A stretch of 64,000 nucleotides of DNA from Nitrosopumilus sp. (GCA_965224195.1 OZ245040.1:352001-416000); one strand, 5' to 3'. Shown: positions 1 through 11,083, counted from the stretch's first letter. Numbers and translations: made by a program. Notes: a model not told the origin generated them from the letters alone.

Positions 1-1
1 A

Positions 2-2092
2 TTAAACCATCTTTTAATTATTGGAGTTTTATCTTTATCTTTCGCTGTATCTTTTCTTCTTCGTGCTCAACCTGTTGATTATGGATTTGAATTAAATGAA
101 TTTGATCCTTTTTTTAATTATCGTGCAACTCAATATATTGTTGATAATGGAATCCCGGCATATTTTGAATGGAATGACGGTCTTAGTTGGTATCCTCTAG
201 GTAGAGACGTCTCTTTAACCTCTCAAGTAACTCTTCACTTAACTGCTGCAGTCACATACTGGATTTTTGGAGGTGGAAATAATCTATATGATTTTACAAT
301 TTTATTTCCCGTAATTTTTGGTTCATTATCTGCAATAGTTATTTTTGCACTAGTTAGAGTAATAGGTGGTACTACTGCTGGTTTATTTTCTGCACTTTTA
401 TTTTCAATTTCTTTACCAATTTTAATTCGTAGTCCGATAGGATGGTTCAAATCAGAACCCTTGGGGTTGTTTTTTGCTCTTTTAACAGTGTATTTGCTTT
501 TAAGCGGAATAAATTCCCAAAATAAAAAAATATCCTTTTCTAAACTTGTGGGAGCTGGAATTTTTACAGCATTTTCTATTTCAGCATGGGGCGGAAATCA
601 ATTTTTTATTATGCCTATAGCAATTTTTTTCATTGTTTTACCTTTTTTGAGGGCGGATCATAAATTTGTCCTCTGGGCCATACCTGTCTATACAATTAGT
701 ACCATCATTATTTCGTTAGCTTTTGAACGTGTCAGTTCTAATTTTGTTTTTGGTATGGGTGGAATTTTATTAATATTTTCTACTTTATTTTTAGTATCTT
801 GTATTTTAATACAAAATAAAAGTACTAAAAATAAAACAAGAAATGGTTTAATATTTTTAGTAGCATTTTTAATTATTGTTCCTTTAATTTTAGTTGTAAA
901 TTCTGAATCTCAATTTTTACCTTCAGCTAGTCATAGATATCTTAATGCGTTAAATCCATTTTTAACTACAACTGATCCATTAGTAGATTCTGTATCTGAA
1001 CATGCTACCACAACTTTACCCCAATCATTTTTGTTTCATTCAGTATTAATGATTTTTTCAGGGTTAGGAATTTGGTTAATTATTAAAAATGTTCAAAATA
1101 AAAAATCTAACTTCATTAAAAATGATATGTTATCATTTGCTTTAATTTTAGGAATAACTGGAGTCTATATTAGTTCAACATTTGTTAGATTGGAAGTTTT
1201 TGCATCAATTTCTATTATTGTTTTGACATCATTAGGTTTAACTGCATTAACAAAAGAATTCTTTAAAATTCGATCTGAATCAAAAAAATCTATTGGTAAT
1301 TTAATAAAATTATCTTATGTTATAGGAATTCTTCTTCTTCTTGTCATACCTATGGTTTATCCAGTAGGCTCAGAAGTATCTCGTCTGACAAATGCACCTC
1401 CTACAATTTTGAATGGTGGTACAACATATACAATAGCTACTAATGATTGGTTAGATGCTTTAGATTGGATGAAAAATAATACTCCTAAAGACGCTGTTGT
1501 AGCATCTTGGTGGGATTATGGTTATTGGATTTCAACTATGGGCGAAAGAGCTACTTTAGCAGATAATTCAACACTTAGTACAGAGATTATTCAAAATATA
1601 GCAAAAATGCTCTTGAATAATCCTAACTCATCATGGCATTCTCTAAATGAAATGCAAGTAGATTATGTACTTATTTTTGTTGCTGGTGAAAAATTAAATC
1701 TAGATTCTCCTCAATCACTTTATAGATTAGGTGGTGGAGGTGATGAATCAAAGAAACAATGGTTTATGAGAATTGCAGGATTAGATGAAACAAAATATCT
1801 ACATCCTGATGGAGCAAGTGGGACTGATTATTTCTGGAATGAAACTTTACTAGGTAAAATGTTTCCATTTACTTCATTAGGATATGTTAATCCTAATAAT
1901 TTGAATCAACAATCTGAAACATATGCTCATGGTATGATTCCAATTTATGAAAAAAGTATAAAATATACTTCTGATGGAGATGGTCCTTTAAAACTAGTTT
2001 ATGCATCATCTAGTTACACTGAAGAAAAAGTTGGACCTATGCTTGGTGTCTTTATTTATGAAGTGAACAAAGATTACAAACCAATATCTTAG
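2..2092 (+). CDS. aglB: Oligosaccharyltransferase AglB/STT3 (5'-truncated by window edge)
   Basis: The frame is open from base 2 (LNHLLIIG...ELNEFDPFFNYRATQ), upstream of the track's start at 461. It has many TM segments, WWDYG, DNST and a DK-type motif (GDESKKQWFMRIA). Confidence 0.95.
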   Translation, partial: LNHLLIIGVLSLSFAVSFLLRAQPVDYGFELNEFDPFFNYRATQYIVDNGIPAYFEWNDGLSWYPLGRDVSLTSQVTLHLTAAVTYWIFGGGNNLYDFTILFPVIFGSLSAIVIFALVRVIGGTTAGLFSALLFSISLPILIRSPIGWFKSEPLGLFFALLTVYLLLSGINSQNKKISFSKLVGAGIFTAFSISAWGGNQFFIMPIAIFFIVLPFLRADHKFVLWAIPVYTISTIIISLAFERVSSNFVFGMGGILLIFSTLFLVSCILIQNKSTKNKTRNGLIFLVAFLIIVPLILVVNSESQFLPSASHRYLNALNPFLTTTDPLVDSVSEHATTTLPQSFLFHSVLMIFSGLGIWLIIKNVQNKKSNFIKNDMLSFALILGITGVYISSTFVRLEVFASISIIVLTSLGLTALTKEFFKIRSESKKSIGNLIKLSYVIGILLLLVIPMVYPVGSEVSRLTNAPPTILNGGTTYTIATNDWLDALDWMKNNTPKDAVVASWWDYGYWISTMGERATLADNSTLSTEIIQNIAKMLLNNPNSSWHSLNEMQVDYVLIFVAGEKLNLDSPQSLYRLGGGGDESKKQWFMRIAGLDETKYLHPDGASGTDYFWNETLLGKMFPFTSLGYVNPNNLNQQSETYAHGMIPIYEKSIKYTSDGDGPLKLVYASSSYTEEKVGPMLGVFIYEVNKDYKPIS

Positions 2093-2093
2093 A

Positions 2094-2249
2094 TTAAGAA
2101 TATCTTTCAGCTAATCTGTATCTCATGTATTTATCATCTGGTGAAAATTTAGCTGGATGAACAGAAATAGTTTCTTCACTACATTTTGGACATTTTTCTT
2201 TTAATGTATAATGAAAACATTTAGAACATTTTCGTAAAAGAAATCTCAT
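2094..2249 (-). CDS. nop10: H/ACA RNP protein Nop10 (51 aa, not in ORF track)
   Basis: Hand-translated MRFLLRKCSKCFHYTLKEKCPKCSEETISVHPAKFSPDDKYMRYRLAERYS. It has a Zn ribbon and the HPAKFSPDDKY signature, and lies directly downstream of aIF2-alpha, the usual archaeal gene order. Confidence 0.95.
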   Translation of the reverse strand: MRFLLRKCSKCFHYTLKEKCPKCSEETISVHPAKFSPDDKYMRYRLAERYS

Positions 2250-2250
2250 T

Positions 2251-3048
2251 TTAATTCTCTCTAGTTTTCTTTGAATCTTCTCTAGTAAATTTGAATGAGC
2301 CTTTTTTCTTTTCTATGTTTGTTTCAATTTCCTCTATTATTGGTTTTAATAGTTTTTCAGCCGATTTGAAGTCTTCTGAAGTAATTGAGAGTCTGTATTT
2401 TGGTGCACCTAAATATGTTATATCTATAGTGGAATCTTTTTTGATAATATCTAACAATGTTTTTTTAATTATTTCAACACCATTAGATTGATTATTTGTA
2501 ATTTCCATAATCCCTCTAATTTCAACTGAAGGAAGTTTAATTTTTGAACAAATATCTTCAATTATAGTAGCAGTTTTTTTTGCAAGTTTTAGTTCTTTAA
2601 CTGATTCAATTCCATTTCTTCCAATAGATATGAATGCATCATATACAGAATCAAATTTTGAATAAATACTGTCTTCTAATTTTTCAATTTCATCATCAGT
2701 TAATTTAGCTTTTTCTTGAACATTTTGTAATAGCGTTTTACCTTTTTCAAACTTTTTGACTTCTTTGAGTTTTTGTTTTTTCTGATCTTTTGAAACTTGT
2801 TTTAGTGAGAGATCTATATCTCCTCGTTGAGCATTTACTTTTTTTACAAGAAGAATTTTTTTCTCCCCATCTCTGACAAATCTACTAACTGATCTAATCC
2901 ATCCTGGAGCAATTTCTGAAATATGTAAAAACCCTTGAATGTCATCATATTCATCTAGTGTGACATAAGCCCCATGATCCATTACTTTGGTAATAGTTGC
3001 AAGAATAATTTCTCCTTGTTCAGGCATTTCTTGGATTTCAGTAGACAT
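2251..3048 (-). CDS. eif2a: Translation initiation factor 2 alpha subunit (aIF2-alpha)
   Basis: N-terminal S1 domain (GAYVTLDEY, GFLHISEIAPGWIR) and C-terminal YLGAPKYRL. Confidence 0.95.
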   Translation of the reverse strand: MSTEIQEMPEQGEIILATITKVMDHGAYVTLDEYDDIQGFLHISEIAPGWIRSVSRFVRDGEKKILLVKKVNAQRGDIDLSLKQVSKDQKKQKLKEVKKFEKGKTLLQNVQEKAKLTDDEIEKLEDSIYSKFDSVYDAFISIGRNGIESVKELKLAKKTATIIEDICSKIKLPSVEIRGIMEITNNQSNGVEIIKKTLLDIIKKDSTIDITYLGAPKYRLSITSEDFKSAEKLLKPIIEEIETNIEKKKGSFKFTREDSKKTREN

Positions 3049-3089
3049 TTCTTCTAAAACTCCTTCATGCGTAAATTAATGTTTGCTGA

Positions 3090-3623
3090 TTAGAAGTCAA
3101 TCCCTTTTTTTGCTTTAATTCCTTGCTGAAATGGATGTTTTATCTCTCTCATTTCTGTAACAAGATCAGCAATTTCAATAATCTCATCTTTGGCATAATT
3201 TCCTGTTAATACTAAATCTACTCCTTTTGGTTTTGATTTTATTATGTTTAATACATCATCAACTGAAATTAAATTAAGATTTACTGCATAGTTTATCTCA
3301 TCTAAAATTATAATATCGTAATTTCCTGATTGAATTTTTTCATTACTAATTCTAATTGCTTCTTTTGCTACTTTTTTATGATCTTCTTTTGAACTTTTAT
3401 CATCAATTATTCCAACAAATCCTTTCCCAACTGCAACCATTTCAAATTCAGGTTCAAGTCTTTTTGATGAATCCATTTCTCCATAATGCCATGAACCTTT
3501 AATGAACTGAATCATACAAGTTTTCTTTTTATATCCTGTTGCACGTAAGGCAATTCCTAAGGCTGCAGTTGTTTTACCTTTACCTTTTCCAGTATATACT
3601 ATAGTCAAACCATTATTTTCCAT
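3090..3623 (-). CDS. cobO: Cob(I)yrinic acid a,c-diamide adenosyltransferase (CobO/BtuR)
   Basis: YTGKGKGKTTAALG, QFIKG, ILDEI and KHPF...GIDF motifs. Confidence 0.93.
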   Translation of the reverse strand: MENNGLTIVYTGKGKGKTTAALGIALRATGYKKKTCMIQFIKGSWHYGEMDSSKRLEPEFEMVAVGKGFVGIIDDKSSKEDHKKVAKEAIRISNEKIQSGNYDIIILDEINYAVNLNLISVDDVLNIIKSKPKGVDLVLTGNYAKDEIIEIADLVTEMREIKHPFQQGIKAKKGIDF

Positions 3624-3709
3624 AATTTCTATTCGATGGATCTTACTAAAAACATTGAGGATATCTATAATCTATTAATTTAAATAAAAAATGATCCTAG
3701 TCATGCAAA

Positions 3710-5065
3710 TTGAAAATCCCTAGAGTTGTAATTGCTGGTGCTACTAGTGGTGTTGGAAAAACATCTATAACATGTTCAATAATTTATGCATTACAAAAAC
3801 ATGGTTTTTCTGTTCAGCCATTTAAAATTGGGCCAGATTATATTGATCCAGGCTATCTATCTAGTATTTCAAAAAATAAAACATACAATTTGGATGCGTG
3901 GCTTATGGGTGGAAATCAATTACTGAATAGTTTTACATCAAATTCAAAATCTAGTATATCTGTAATTGAAGGAGTAATGGGATACTATGATGGCTTTGGT
4001 GGAGATTCAAATTATGCTAGTACACATCATGTGGCATCACTAACAAAATCATCAGTATTGTTAGTTTTAGATGCAAGTAAAACTTCTCGCTCTATTGCAG
4101 CAACTGCACTTGGATTTTTAAAATTTCATAGAAATTCTCGTATATCTGGAATTATTCTTAACAAAATAGGTAGCAAAAAACACGAATTTTTGTGTAGAAG
4201 TGCTCTAGAAAAAACTAAAATCCCAATAATCGGTGTAATTCCAAAAAATCCTTTATTAAATATACCATCAAGACATCTTGGATTAATTTCAACGTTAGAG
4301 AACAAAATTCTTAAAAAACAAATTGTAAAAATATCTAAAATTATTTCGAAAAATATTGATATTAATCAAATAATTAAAATTGCAAAAAATTCATCTGATC
4401 TTACTAAAAAATCAAAATCTATACCTAAAAAATCAAAAACTACTATTGCAGTTGCACTTGACACTTCATTTAATTTCTATTATCAGGATAATTTAGAAGC
4501 ATTACGTCGTGAAGGTGCAAATCTAAAATTTTTTAGTCCTGTGAAAGACAAAAAAATTCCAAAGTGCGATGGTCTTTACATTGGTGGAGGTTTTCCTGAA
4601 ATTTTAGGAGATGCTCTTGGAAAAAATCAAATTATGAAAAAATTAATAAAAAAGTTATCTGAAGATAATCTACCAATTTATGCTGAATGTGGTGGATTGA
4701 TGTATTTGACAAAATCTATTTTATCTAAAAATAAAAAATATAAAATGATTGGTCTATTTGATGCTGAAACTAAAATGACAAACAAAATGAGACTAAATTA
4801 TACAAAAGGTAAGATTATTTCAAAAAATACTATCTCAGAAAAACTACATAATTTTCAAGGACATGAATTTCATTATTCACATTTAGATTCAGTATCAAAA
4901 GATTCAAAATTTGCTTATACTTTAGAAATAGGTGAAGGAATTAAAAAACACCAAGATGGATTAATTCAAGATAATACGTTGGCATCTTATGGTCATCTAT
5001 ACTTTGATAGCTCAAATTATGCAGAAATTTTTGTTAAAAATTGTATAAAATCTTCAAAGAGATGA
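3710..5065 (+). CDS. cbiA: Cobyrinate a,c-diamide synthase
   Basis: SGVGKT, FKIGPDYIDP, IEGVMG, and a glutaminase domain (AECGGLMYL, GHEFHYS). Confidence 0.95.
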   Translation: MKIPRVVIAGATSGVGKTSITCSIIYALQKHGFSVQPFKIGPDYIDPGYLSSISKNKTYNLDAWLMGGNQLLNSFTSNSKSSISVIEGVMGYYDGFGGDSNYASTHHVASLTKSSVLLVLDASKTSRSIAATALGFLKFHRNSRISGIILNKIGSKKHEFLCRSALEKTKIPIIGVIPKNPLLNIPSRHLGLISTLENKILKKQIVKISKIISKNIDINQIIKIAKNSSDLTKKSKSIPKKSKTTIAVALDTSFNFYYQDNLEALRREGANLKFFSPVKDKKIPKCDGLYIGGGFPEILGDALGKNQIMKKLIKKLSEDNLPIYAECGGLMYLTKSILSKNKKYKMIGLFDAETKMTNKMRLNYTKGKIISKNTISEKLHNFQGHEFHYSHLDSVSKDSKFAYTLEIGEGIKKHQDGLIQDNTLASYGHLYFDSSNYAEIFVKNCIKSSKR

Positions 5066-5695
5066 TTCTGCTCTAATTAATTTAAAAATTGCATTAATTG
5101 TAGCAGAAACTGAAGAACTTCCTCCCTTTCTGCCAATATTTGTGATAAATGGTGCCTCCTCTAACTTTGATAATTCTTCTTTTGATTCTGCAGCACAGAT
5201 GAATCCTACTGGAATTCCAATGATTAAAGCTGGTTTCACCATGCCTTCTTTGACCATCTGAATTACTTCTTGAAGTGCAGTTGGGGCATTTCCTATTGCT
5301 ACAACCCCTCCATCAATATCTGATGCTGCAGCCCTCATGGATACTTGGGAACGTGTTTTACCTTCTTTTTTTGCTAATTCCATTATTTCTGGTTTTGAAA
5401 TATTACAAATTATACTATTTCCAAAATCTTTTGGATTTTGTTTATTCATTCCTCCAATCACTCCGTTAACATCAACTACTATGCTACAACCATTCTTCAA
5501 AGCTTTCATTCCCCTTACAATTGCATCTTTATGAAAAATTAGTTTATTTTTATCTGCAAAATCAAAATCTGCCGTTGAATGAATTATTCTTCTGACAATG
5601 GGCCATTCTTTTTCATTAAAATTATGTGAACCTATCTCGTCTTCAATCATTTGCATACTAGCATCTTCAATTGATTGGCCTTTCTTAGTTTGCAT
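5054..5695 (-). CDS. cbiC: Precorrin-8X/cobalt-precorrin-8 methylmutase
   Basis: RRIIHSTADF, IGNAPTAL, GIPVGF and GRKGGS motifs. Confidence 0.95.
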   Translation of the reverse strand: MQTKKGQSIEDASMQMIEDEIGSHNFNEKEWPIVRRIIHSTADFDFADKNKLIFHKDAIVRGMKALKNGCSIVVDVNGVIGGMNKQNPKDFGNSIICNISKPEIMELAKKEGKTRSQVSMRAAASDIDGGVVAIGNAPTALQEVIQMVKEGMVKPALIIGIPVGFICAAESKEELSKLEEAPFITNIGRKGGSSSVSATINAIFKLIRAESSL

Positions 5696-6437
5696 CTTCT
5701 ACCTCTTTTGCTCTCTCTAAAATTAAATCTATCATTTTCTGATCTGTTCCAATATGTTTCGTAATGTATGCTTTTTCTATAGTGGATTTTTCAAGTGCTG
5801 GTATCAAATCATTATTGATATCAGTTTTTACATGCGCTCCTTCATGAAGGAAATAAAAAACAATTATCAAAACTTTGGGGTTATCTTTTTCACATTTTTT
5901 AATTCCTTTAAAAATATCTGGTTGTTCTATTTCTAGCCAACATCTACTTACATTTCTGTAAGAATCTTTTAGATTATTTACAATATAGTCTAAAGACATT
6001 TGTGCATTAGGATCTTTACTTCCATGTCCAATGATCATTACATCTACTTCATTATTTGAAAGTGAAACATTATTTTCTTTTAATGTTGTATCTATTCTAC
6101 TTTCAACTACGTCAACCAAAGTTTTATGCATGCTCATTTGTTTTGTAACTACAAATTTTATTTTGGTGTCTTTTTGATATTTCATTACCTCAGTAACTGC
6201 AATTTTCACTTTTCTACCAGGATACAAAAAGTAGGGAACAATGGTCAAAGAATCAATATCTTCTTTTAGACATTTAGGAATTCCATCCTCAATATATGGT
6301 GGTTCTACCTCTAGAAAACAAAAATCTGTAAATTCATAGTTTCCTTTTGCCTTGATTCCTTGACAAATTACATCTAACTCTTCAGATGCTTCTCTTTCTC
6401 TACTTCCTCTGTCAATAAGTAATAATCCTCTTTTCAA
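5685..6437 (-). CDS. cbiX: Two-domain sirohydrochlorin cobaltochelatase (CbiX family)
   Basis: Tandem CbiX folds (FLEVEPP..., WLEIEQP...). GHGSK and GAHVKTDI are in the second domain. Located in the cbi cluster. Confidence 0.85.
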   Translation of the reverse strand: MKRGLLLIDRGSREREASEELDVICQGIKAKGNYEFTDFCFLEVEPPYIEDGIPKCLKEDIDSLTIVPYFLYPGRKVKIAVTEVMKYQKDTKIKFVVTKQMSMHKTLVDVVESRIDTTLKENNVSLSNNEVDVMIIGHGSKDPNAQMSLDYIVNNLKDSYRNVSRCWLEIEQPDIFKGIKKCEKDNPKVLIIVFYFLHEGAHVKTDINNDLIPALEKSTIEKAYITKHIGTDQKMIDLILERAKEVEDAN

Positions 6438-7486
6438 TTCATTATCCTCGCTATTGCTATTGTCAAATTTGGTGGGAATTTCTGCTTTTCTACTATTAAT
6501 TGTCCTTTAGATACTTTGATGGCGGCTGCTTCTGATACACTTGCAGTTCCTTCAAAGGCTTTTACAGTTTCAGAAGGATTTGGAGCAGAAATCTCTGCTA
6601 AATCTTCTCTGTTTACATATTCAACTGGAATTCCCATTTCTATTCCAAGATCTATTAATCCTTGTACATCTTCTGGTTTTTTTATTGATACTAATTTTGC
6701 AATTGATTTTGAATTAAGTTTAAATTTTTCTAAACAAAACTCAATTCCTTCCTTAATCGTTTCTTTTGAAGTATCCCAATGCAGTCCAATACCAATTACT
6801 AAACTTGGTGGACGATATATCACAGATTCTTTTGATATTTCTTCCTCAATTATTTTATCAGAAATTATTAAATGAGCTTTAGAATTTGATTTTTTTAACT
6901 CTTCAATGTTTTCATATATCATAACATTTTTTGGTAATTTTTTATACCAATTTCTCTCTCCTGTCTCTTGAAATACTCCTATTGGTTCTTCATTTACCAT
7001 ATGTGCACTAATTTTAGTTACTGTTGAATCATCATCTATTTTCCAATTAAATTCCCTGCCTACAAGATCTACTGCAATTGTTTTGTTTACATCAGCTGCT
7101 GTGGTAATTACAGGTAATGCTTTGAGTTTTTCTGCAATTTCTTCAGTAAGTTCATTGGCTCCACCTATATGTCCAGATAAAACACTAATTACAAAATTTA
7201 TTTTATCATCAATTACAATTACTGCAGGATCAGTTTTTTTATCTTTCAAATATGGAGAAATTAATCTAATTACTGCTCCTAATGAAAAAATACAGATTAA
7301 TGCATTACTATTTTTAAAAAGTTCAACAATTTTCTCAGTTGTAGGCTCAGAATACCATGTAATTCCTACTGCATCAGTTGTTTGTTTTGAGGGAGCAAAT
7401 ACGCTCCAATCTGGAAATAATTTTTTCAGATTTTCTCCAATATTTACTCCATTTTTAGTAATAGCAAGAACTGAAGTTTTTTCCAT
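6434..7486 (-). CDS. cbiG: Cobalt-precorrin-5A hydrolase CbiG
   Basis: KDKKTDPAVIVID, LSGHIGGANEL, VITTAAD and SVSEAAA motifs. Confidence 0.93.
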   Translation of the reverse strand: MEKTSVLAITKNGVNIGENLKKLFPDWSVFAPSKQTTDAVGITWYSEPTTEKIVELFKNSNALICIFSLGAVIRLISPYLKDKKTDPAVIVIDDKINFVISVLSGHIGGANELTEEIAEKLKALPVITTAADVNKTIAVDLVGREFNWKIDDDSTVTKISAHMVNEEPIGVFQETGERNWYKKLPKNVMIYENIEELKKSNSKAHLIISDKIIEEEISKESVIYRPPSLVIGIGLHWDTSKETIKEGIEFCLEKFKLNSKSIAKLVSIKKPEDVQGLIDLGIEMGIPVEYVNREDLAEISAPNPSETVKAFEGTASVSEAAAIKVSKGQLIVEKQKFPPNLTIAIARIMN

Positions 7487-7517
7487 AATCCAAATCTTCC
7501 AACTTTAATAAAATACC

Positions 7518-8621
7518 TTACTGTTCAGATTTTCTAGCCAAAATTTTTTCTTCAAAATTAAACAATATTACATCAATTGGAACTTTTTCTTCAGAATATT
7601 TTCTCATGTGTTTATACGTCTCACCACAAATCAAGTCAAAAAATCCTTCAACGTGATTTTCTTGAATAATTTCTGAAACATGTCTTGCAGTATTTGCTTT
7701 TTTTATCTCTTGAATTACACTTTCATTTGCATTACATTTTTGGGCTAACTCGGCTAGAAAATTCATATCTACTTTAGATCCTTTAACATGAGTTTGTTTA
7801 ACACCTGCTGCCATTTTTGCTAGCTTTCCAATGAAACCTACAACATATGCTTTTTTGATATCTTTTTTACCGCATTGCTGAATAGCGTATCCTGAAAAAT
7901 CACCTATTTGTACAAAACAATGCTCTGGCAAATCTACTATTTTTTTTGCAAAATCTTCACTTCTTCCACCAGTTGTAAGTACTACTATGTCATTACCGGC
8001 TGCAATTGCTACATCCAAGTTTTGTCTAATTGATGCTGCATAAGCTGCTGTCGAAAATGGAATAACGATTCCACTAGTTCCTAAAATTGAAATTCCATTT
8101 ATAATTCCTAATCTTGGATTGTCAGTTTTTGGTCCCAACTCTTTGCCTTTAGGAACTGAAATAACTACTCTAATTCCTTTTTCTAAAAGAATTTCTTTTC
8201 CTGCTTCTTTCAGATTTTCAGTAATCATTTTTTTAGGAACTGGGTTTATTGCAGGCTTGTTAATTTCCAAACCTAATCCTGGCTTAGTTACTATGCCAAC
8301 TCCTTCTCCACCATCGATTTCAATCTCATTTATTTTTTTAGTAAATAACAACTCTACAATAATTTCTGCTCCATGAGTGACATCCGGATCATCTCCTCCA
8401 TTTTTGATTACTATGCATTTTGCTTTAACAGAATCAAATTCACATGAATTAATTGGAATTTGAAGATAGGATCTTTTTGGTAATAAAATATCTACATTCT
8501 CAATTTTTTTCTGATTAATTATTGATAACAGTGCAGCTTTTGATGCAGCAGTTGCACAACTCCCTGTAGTATAACCTGTCTTTAATTTTGTCTTCTCTTC
8601 TTCCACATTAGTTGTATTCAT
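7518..8621 (-). CDS. cbiD: Cobalt-precorrin-5B C1-methyltransferase CbiD
   Basis: GYTTGSCATAA, GDDPDVTHGA, AINPVP and GISILGTSGIV motifs. Confidence 0.95.
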   Translation of the reverse strand: MNTTNVEEEKTKLKTGYTTGSCATAASKAALLSIINQKKIENVDILLPKRSYLQIPINSCEFDSVKAKCIVIKNGGDDPDVTHGAEIIVELLFTKKINEIEIDGGEGVGIVTKPGLGLEINKPAINPVPKKMITENLKEAGKEILLEKGIRVVISVPKGKELGPKTDNPRLGIINGISILGTSGIVIPFSTAAYAASIRQNLDVAIAAGNDIVVLTTGGRSEDFAKKIVDLPEHCFVQIGDFSGYAIQQCGKKDIKKAYVVGFIGKLAKMAAGVKQTHVKGSKVDMNFLAELAQKCNANESVIQEIKKANTARHVSEIIQENHVEGFFDLICGETYKHMRKYSEEKVPIDVILFNFEEKILARKSEQ

Positions 8622-8700
8622 TTTATGGTATTAACTCTTATTTCTTAATTTTTGAAAATTATTCAAATAGATTTAAAATTAAAACAAACTTGGTTCTATT

Positions 8701-9570
8701 ATGGTTAAACCTCTGAAGATTGTTGTTACTGGAGCTAGTGGATTTATTGCAAAAAATCTTCGAAAATATTTATCAGAAAAAAATGTTAAATTAATCTCAA
8801 TATCCCGAAATGACTTTAAGAATTTTAAATGCGAAACTAAGATTATCTCAAAAAATTATGAAGAAAAAAATATTCTTAAAAAAATACAAAATTCAGATGT
8901 ATTAATTCATCTTGTTGGAATAGGAAAACAATCTGTAAACACTGATTATGATATGATAAATACTGAATTAACAAAACATATTGTAAATTTAAGTAAAAAA
9001 ACTAAAATAAAAAAAATTATTTTTTTAAGTGGTTTGGGAGTTTCATCTAACACATCATTAGGTTATTTTATTTCAAAATATAATGCCGAAAAACAAATTA
9101 TTGATTCTGGTTTAGATTTTACAGTTTTTAGACCTTCATATATTGTTGGAAAAGATGACTTATTTTCAAAAAATCTAAAAAAACAAATTAAATCTGGAGA
9201 AATTATAATTCCAGGCTCTGGAATCTATTCAATTCAACCCATACATGTGTCTGATGTTGTAAAAGTAATTTTCGAATCAGTATCACAATTAAAATTCAAC
9301 AATAAAATTATTGATCTTGTTGGACCTGATTATGTAACTTTTGAAAAATATGTTAAACTTTTTTCTAAAGGAACTAAAACAAAAATTAGAAAAATTAAAC
9401 TTGAAGAGGCATATCATAATGCAATAATAAATTCAAAATCTTATTTTGGAATTGATGATCTCAATATTTTAATTGGTAATTTTAAAGGAAATCACAAAAG
9501 ACTATCTAAAATGTCTAAAATTGAATTTAAATCAGTATTGAAATTACTACAATCCGGCAGATTGCTTTAA
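8701..9570 (+). CDS. NAD(P)-dependent epimerase/dehydratase-like SDR (NDUFA9-like)
   Basis: TGASGFIA Rossmann motif, YFISK (YxxxK), FRPSYIVG and QPIHVSDV. Confidence 0.8.
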   Translation: MVKPLKIVVTGASGFIAKNLRKYLSEKNVKLISISRNDFKNFKCETKIISKNYEEKNILKKIQNSDVLIHLVGIGKQSVNTDYDMINTELTKHIVNLSKKTKIKKIIFLSGLGVSSNTSLGYFISKYNAEKQIIDSGLDFTVFRPSYIVGKDDLFSKNLKKQIKSGEIIIPGSGIYSIQPIHVSDVVKVIFESVSQLKFNNKIIDLVGPDYVTFEKYVKLFSKGTKTKIRKIKLEEAYHNAIINSKSYFGIDDLNILIGNFKGNHKRLSKMSKIEFKSVLKLLQSGRLL

Positions 9571-10713
9571 TGTTTCAGATTTATCGGTTTTTTCCCAAGT
9601 AAATTCTGGCTCATTTCTTCCAAAATGACCATAAGCAGCAGTTTTTTTGTAAATAGGTCTTTTCAAATCTAATTGAGATATGATTCCAGATGGTTTCATA
9701 TCAAAATTCTTTCTAACTAGTTCTTCAATTTTACTTTCAGAAATTTTGTTTGTTCCAAATGTATTAACATAAAGTGATACTGGTTCTGCAACTCCTATGG
9801 CATATGCCAATTGAACTTCACATCTATCGGCTAATCCTGCTGCTACTAGATTTTTTGCAATGTATCTACACATGTAACATGCAGATCTGTCAACTTTAGA
9901 TGGATCTTTACCTGAGAAAGCTCCCCCTCCATGTCTTCCAAATCCACCATAACTATCAACAATAATTTTTCTTCCTGTTAACCCTGCATCTCCATGTGGA
10001 CCACCAATCACAAATTTCCCTGTAGGGTTTATGTGAGTTTTAACTTCATCATTCCAAAGATTTCCTAAAACTGGTTTGATTACTTTATCAATAATCTCTC
10101 TTGATATTTCCTCTTGAGAAACTTCTGGGGCGTGTTGTGTTGATATAACAATTGTTTCAATTTTTGTAGGTTTGTTATCTACATATCTTACAGATACTTG
10201 TGATTTACCATCAGGTCTAACCCATGATAAAGTACCATCTCTTCTTACTTGTGATAATTTTTGAATAAGTTTGTGTGCTAGTAAAATTGGCATAGGCATT
10301 AGTTCTTTAGTTTCATTTGATGCGTAACCGAACATCAAACCTTGATCTCCTGCACCTTGTTCTTTTCCTTCAGCAGCTGTTACACCTTGACTGATATCTG
10401 GACTTTGTGAATGTAATTTTAAATCAACTTTACAACTATCTCCATCAAACATCAAATCTTTGTTGTCATAACCAATTTCTTTGATTGTCTTCCTAACTAA
10501 TTCTTCTTGAGCTTTTTTATCAAATTCTGCTTTTGATGTAACTTCTCCTGATACAACAACATAATCAGTTGTGACCATTGTTTCAACTGCAACTCGGGAA
10601 TTAGGATCTTGTTTAAGGTATTCATCTAAAAATGCATCAGAAATATTATCACATATTTTATCTGGATGTCCTTCAGTTACTGATTCAGACGTAAATAGAA
10701 AATTGTTGGTCAT
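9547..10713 (-). CDS. metK: S-adenosylmethionine synthetase, bacterial/eukaryotic type
   Basis: [19 protein letters not shown] and [16 protein letters not shown] signatures. Confidence 0.97.
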   Translation of the reverse strand: MTNNFLFTSESVTEGHPDKICDNISDAFLDEYLKQDPNSRVAVETMVTTDYVVVSGEVTSKAEFDKKAQEELVRKTIKEIGYDNKDLMFDGDSCKVDLKLHSQSPDISQGVTAAEGKEQGAGDQGLMFGYASNETKELMPMPILLAHKLIQKLSQVRRDGTLSWVRPDGKSQVSVRYVDNKPTKIETIVISTQHAPEVSQEEISREIIDKVIKPVLGNLWNDEVKTHINPTGKFVIGGPHGDAGLTGRKIIVDSYGGFGRHGGGAFSGKDPSKVDRSACYMCRYIAKNLVAAGLADRCEVQLAYAIGVAEPVSLYVNTFGTNKISESKIEELVRKNFDMKPSGIISQLDLKRPIYKKTAAYGHFGRNEPEFTWEKTDKSETLKQSAGL

Positions 10714-10729
10714 AAAACCACACTACTAT

Positions 10730-10975
10730 CTAGAGTTCGTTTTCTAGTTTGATAAATAATACGTTATTGCCTCTTACGATAACTCTACCATAATTTGCAA
10801 TTGTTTTGCCATCATGAAGTTCTTCAGCATCAGTCATAATCAAATTCATATAAGAATCGACATTATCCATTTTTCCTTTATACTCGACTTCATTTTTCAG
10901 TCTTACTGTAACTTTCTTCTTGGTACTTTTTTGAAGAGTTGTTAGAGGTCTTTTTGCGCTATTTGTCTGGGACAC
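10730..10975 (-). CDS. Sm-like archaeal protein (SmAP/Lsm)
   Basis: Sm1 (VRLKN...G...DSYMNL) and Sm2 (IVRGNNVLFI) motifs; GTG start. Confidence 0.93.
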   Translation of the reverse strand: MSQTNSAKRPLTTLQKSTKKKVTVRLKNEVEYKGKMDNVDSYMNLIMTDAEELHDGKTIANYGRVIVRGNNVLFIKLENEL

Positions 10976-11083
10976 TAATTGTTCACTTGTTTTGCAACTT
11001 TGTTCTCTAGCATAAAAGCCTTACCTCTTTTATGAAAATTGAAATTCCTTAAATTTTTTCTTCTTTTTCTAATAATTATACAA

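Noticed and set aside
3624-3709. Cobalamin riboswitch in the cobO/cbiA or other cbi intergenic regions
   Set aside because: The gaps are under 90 nt, AT-rich, and lack a B12-box or stable stems.
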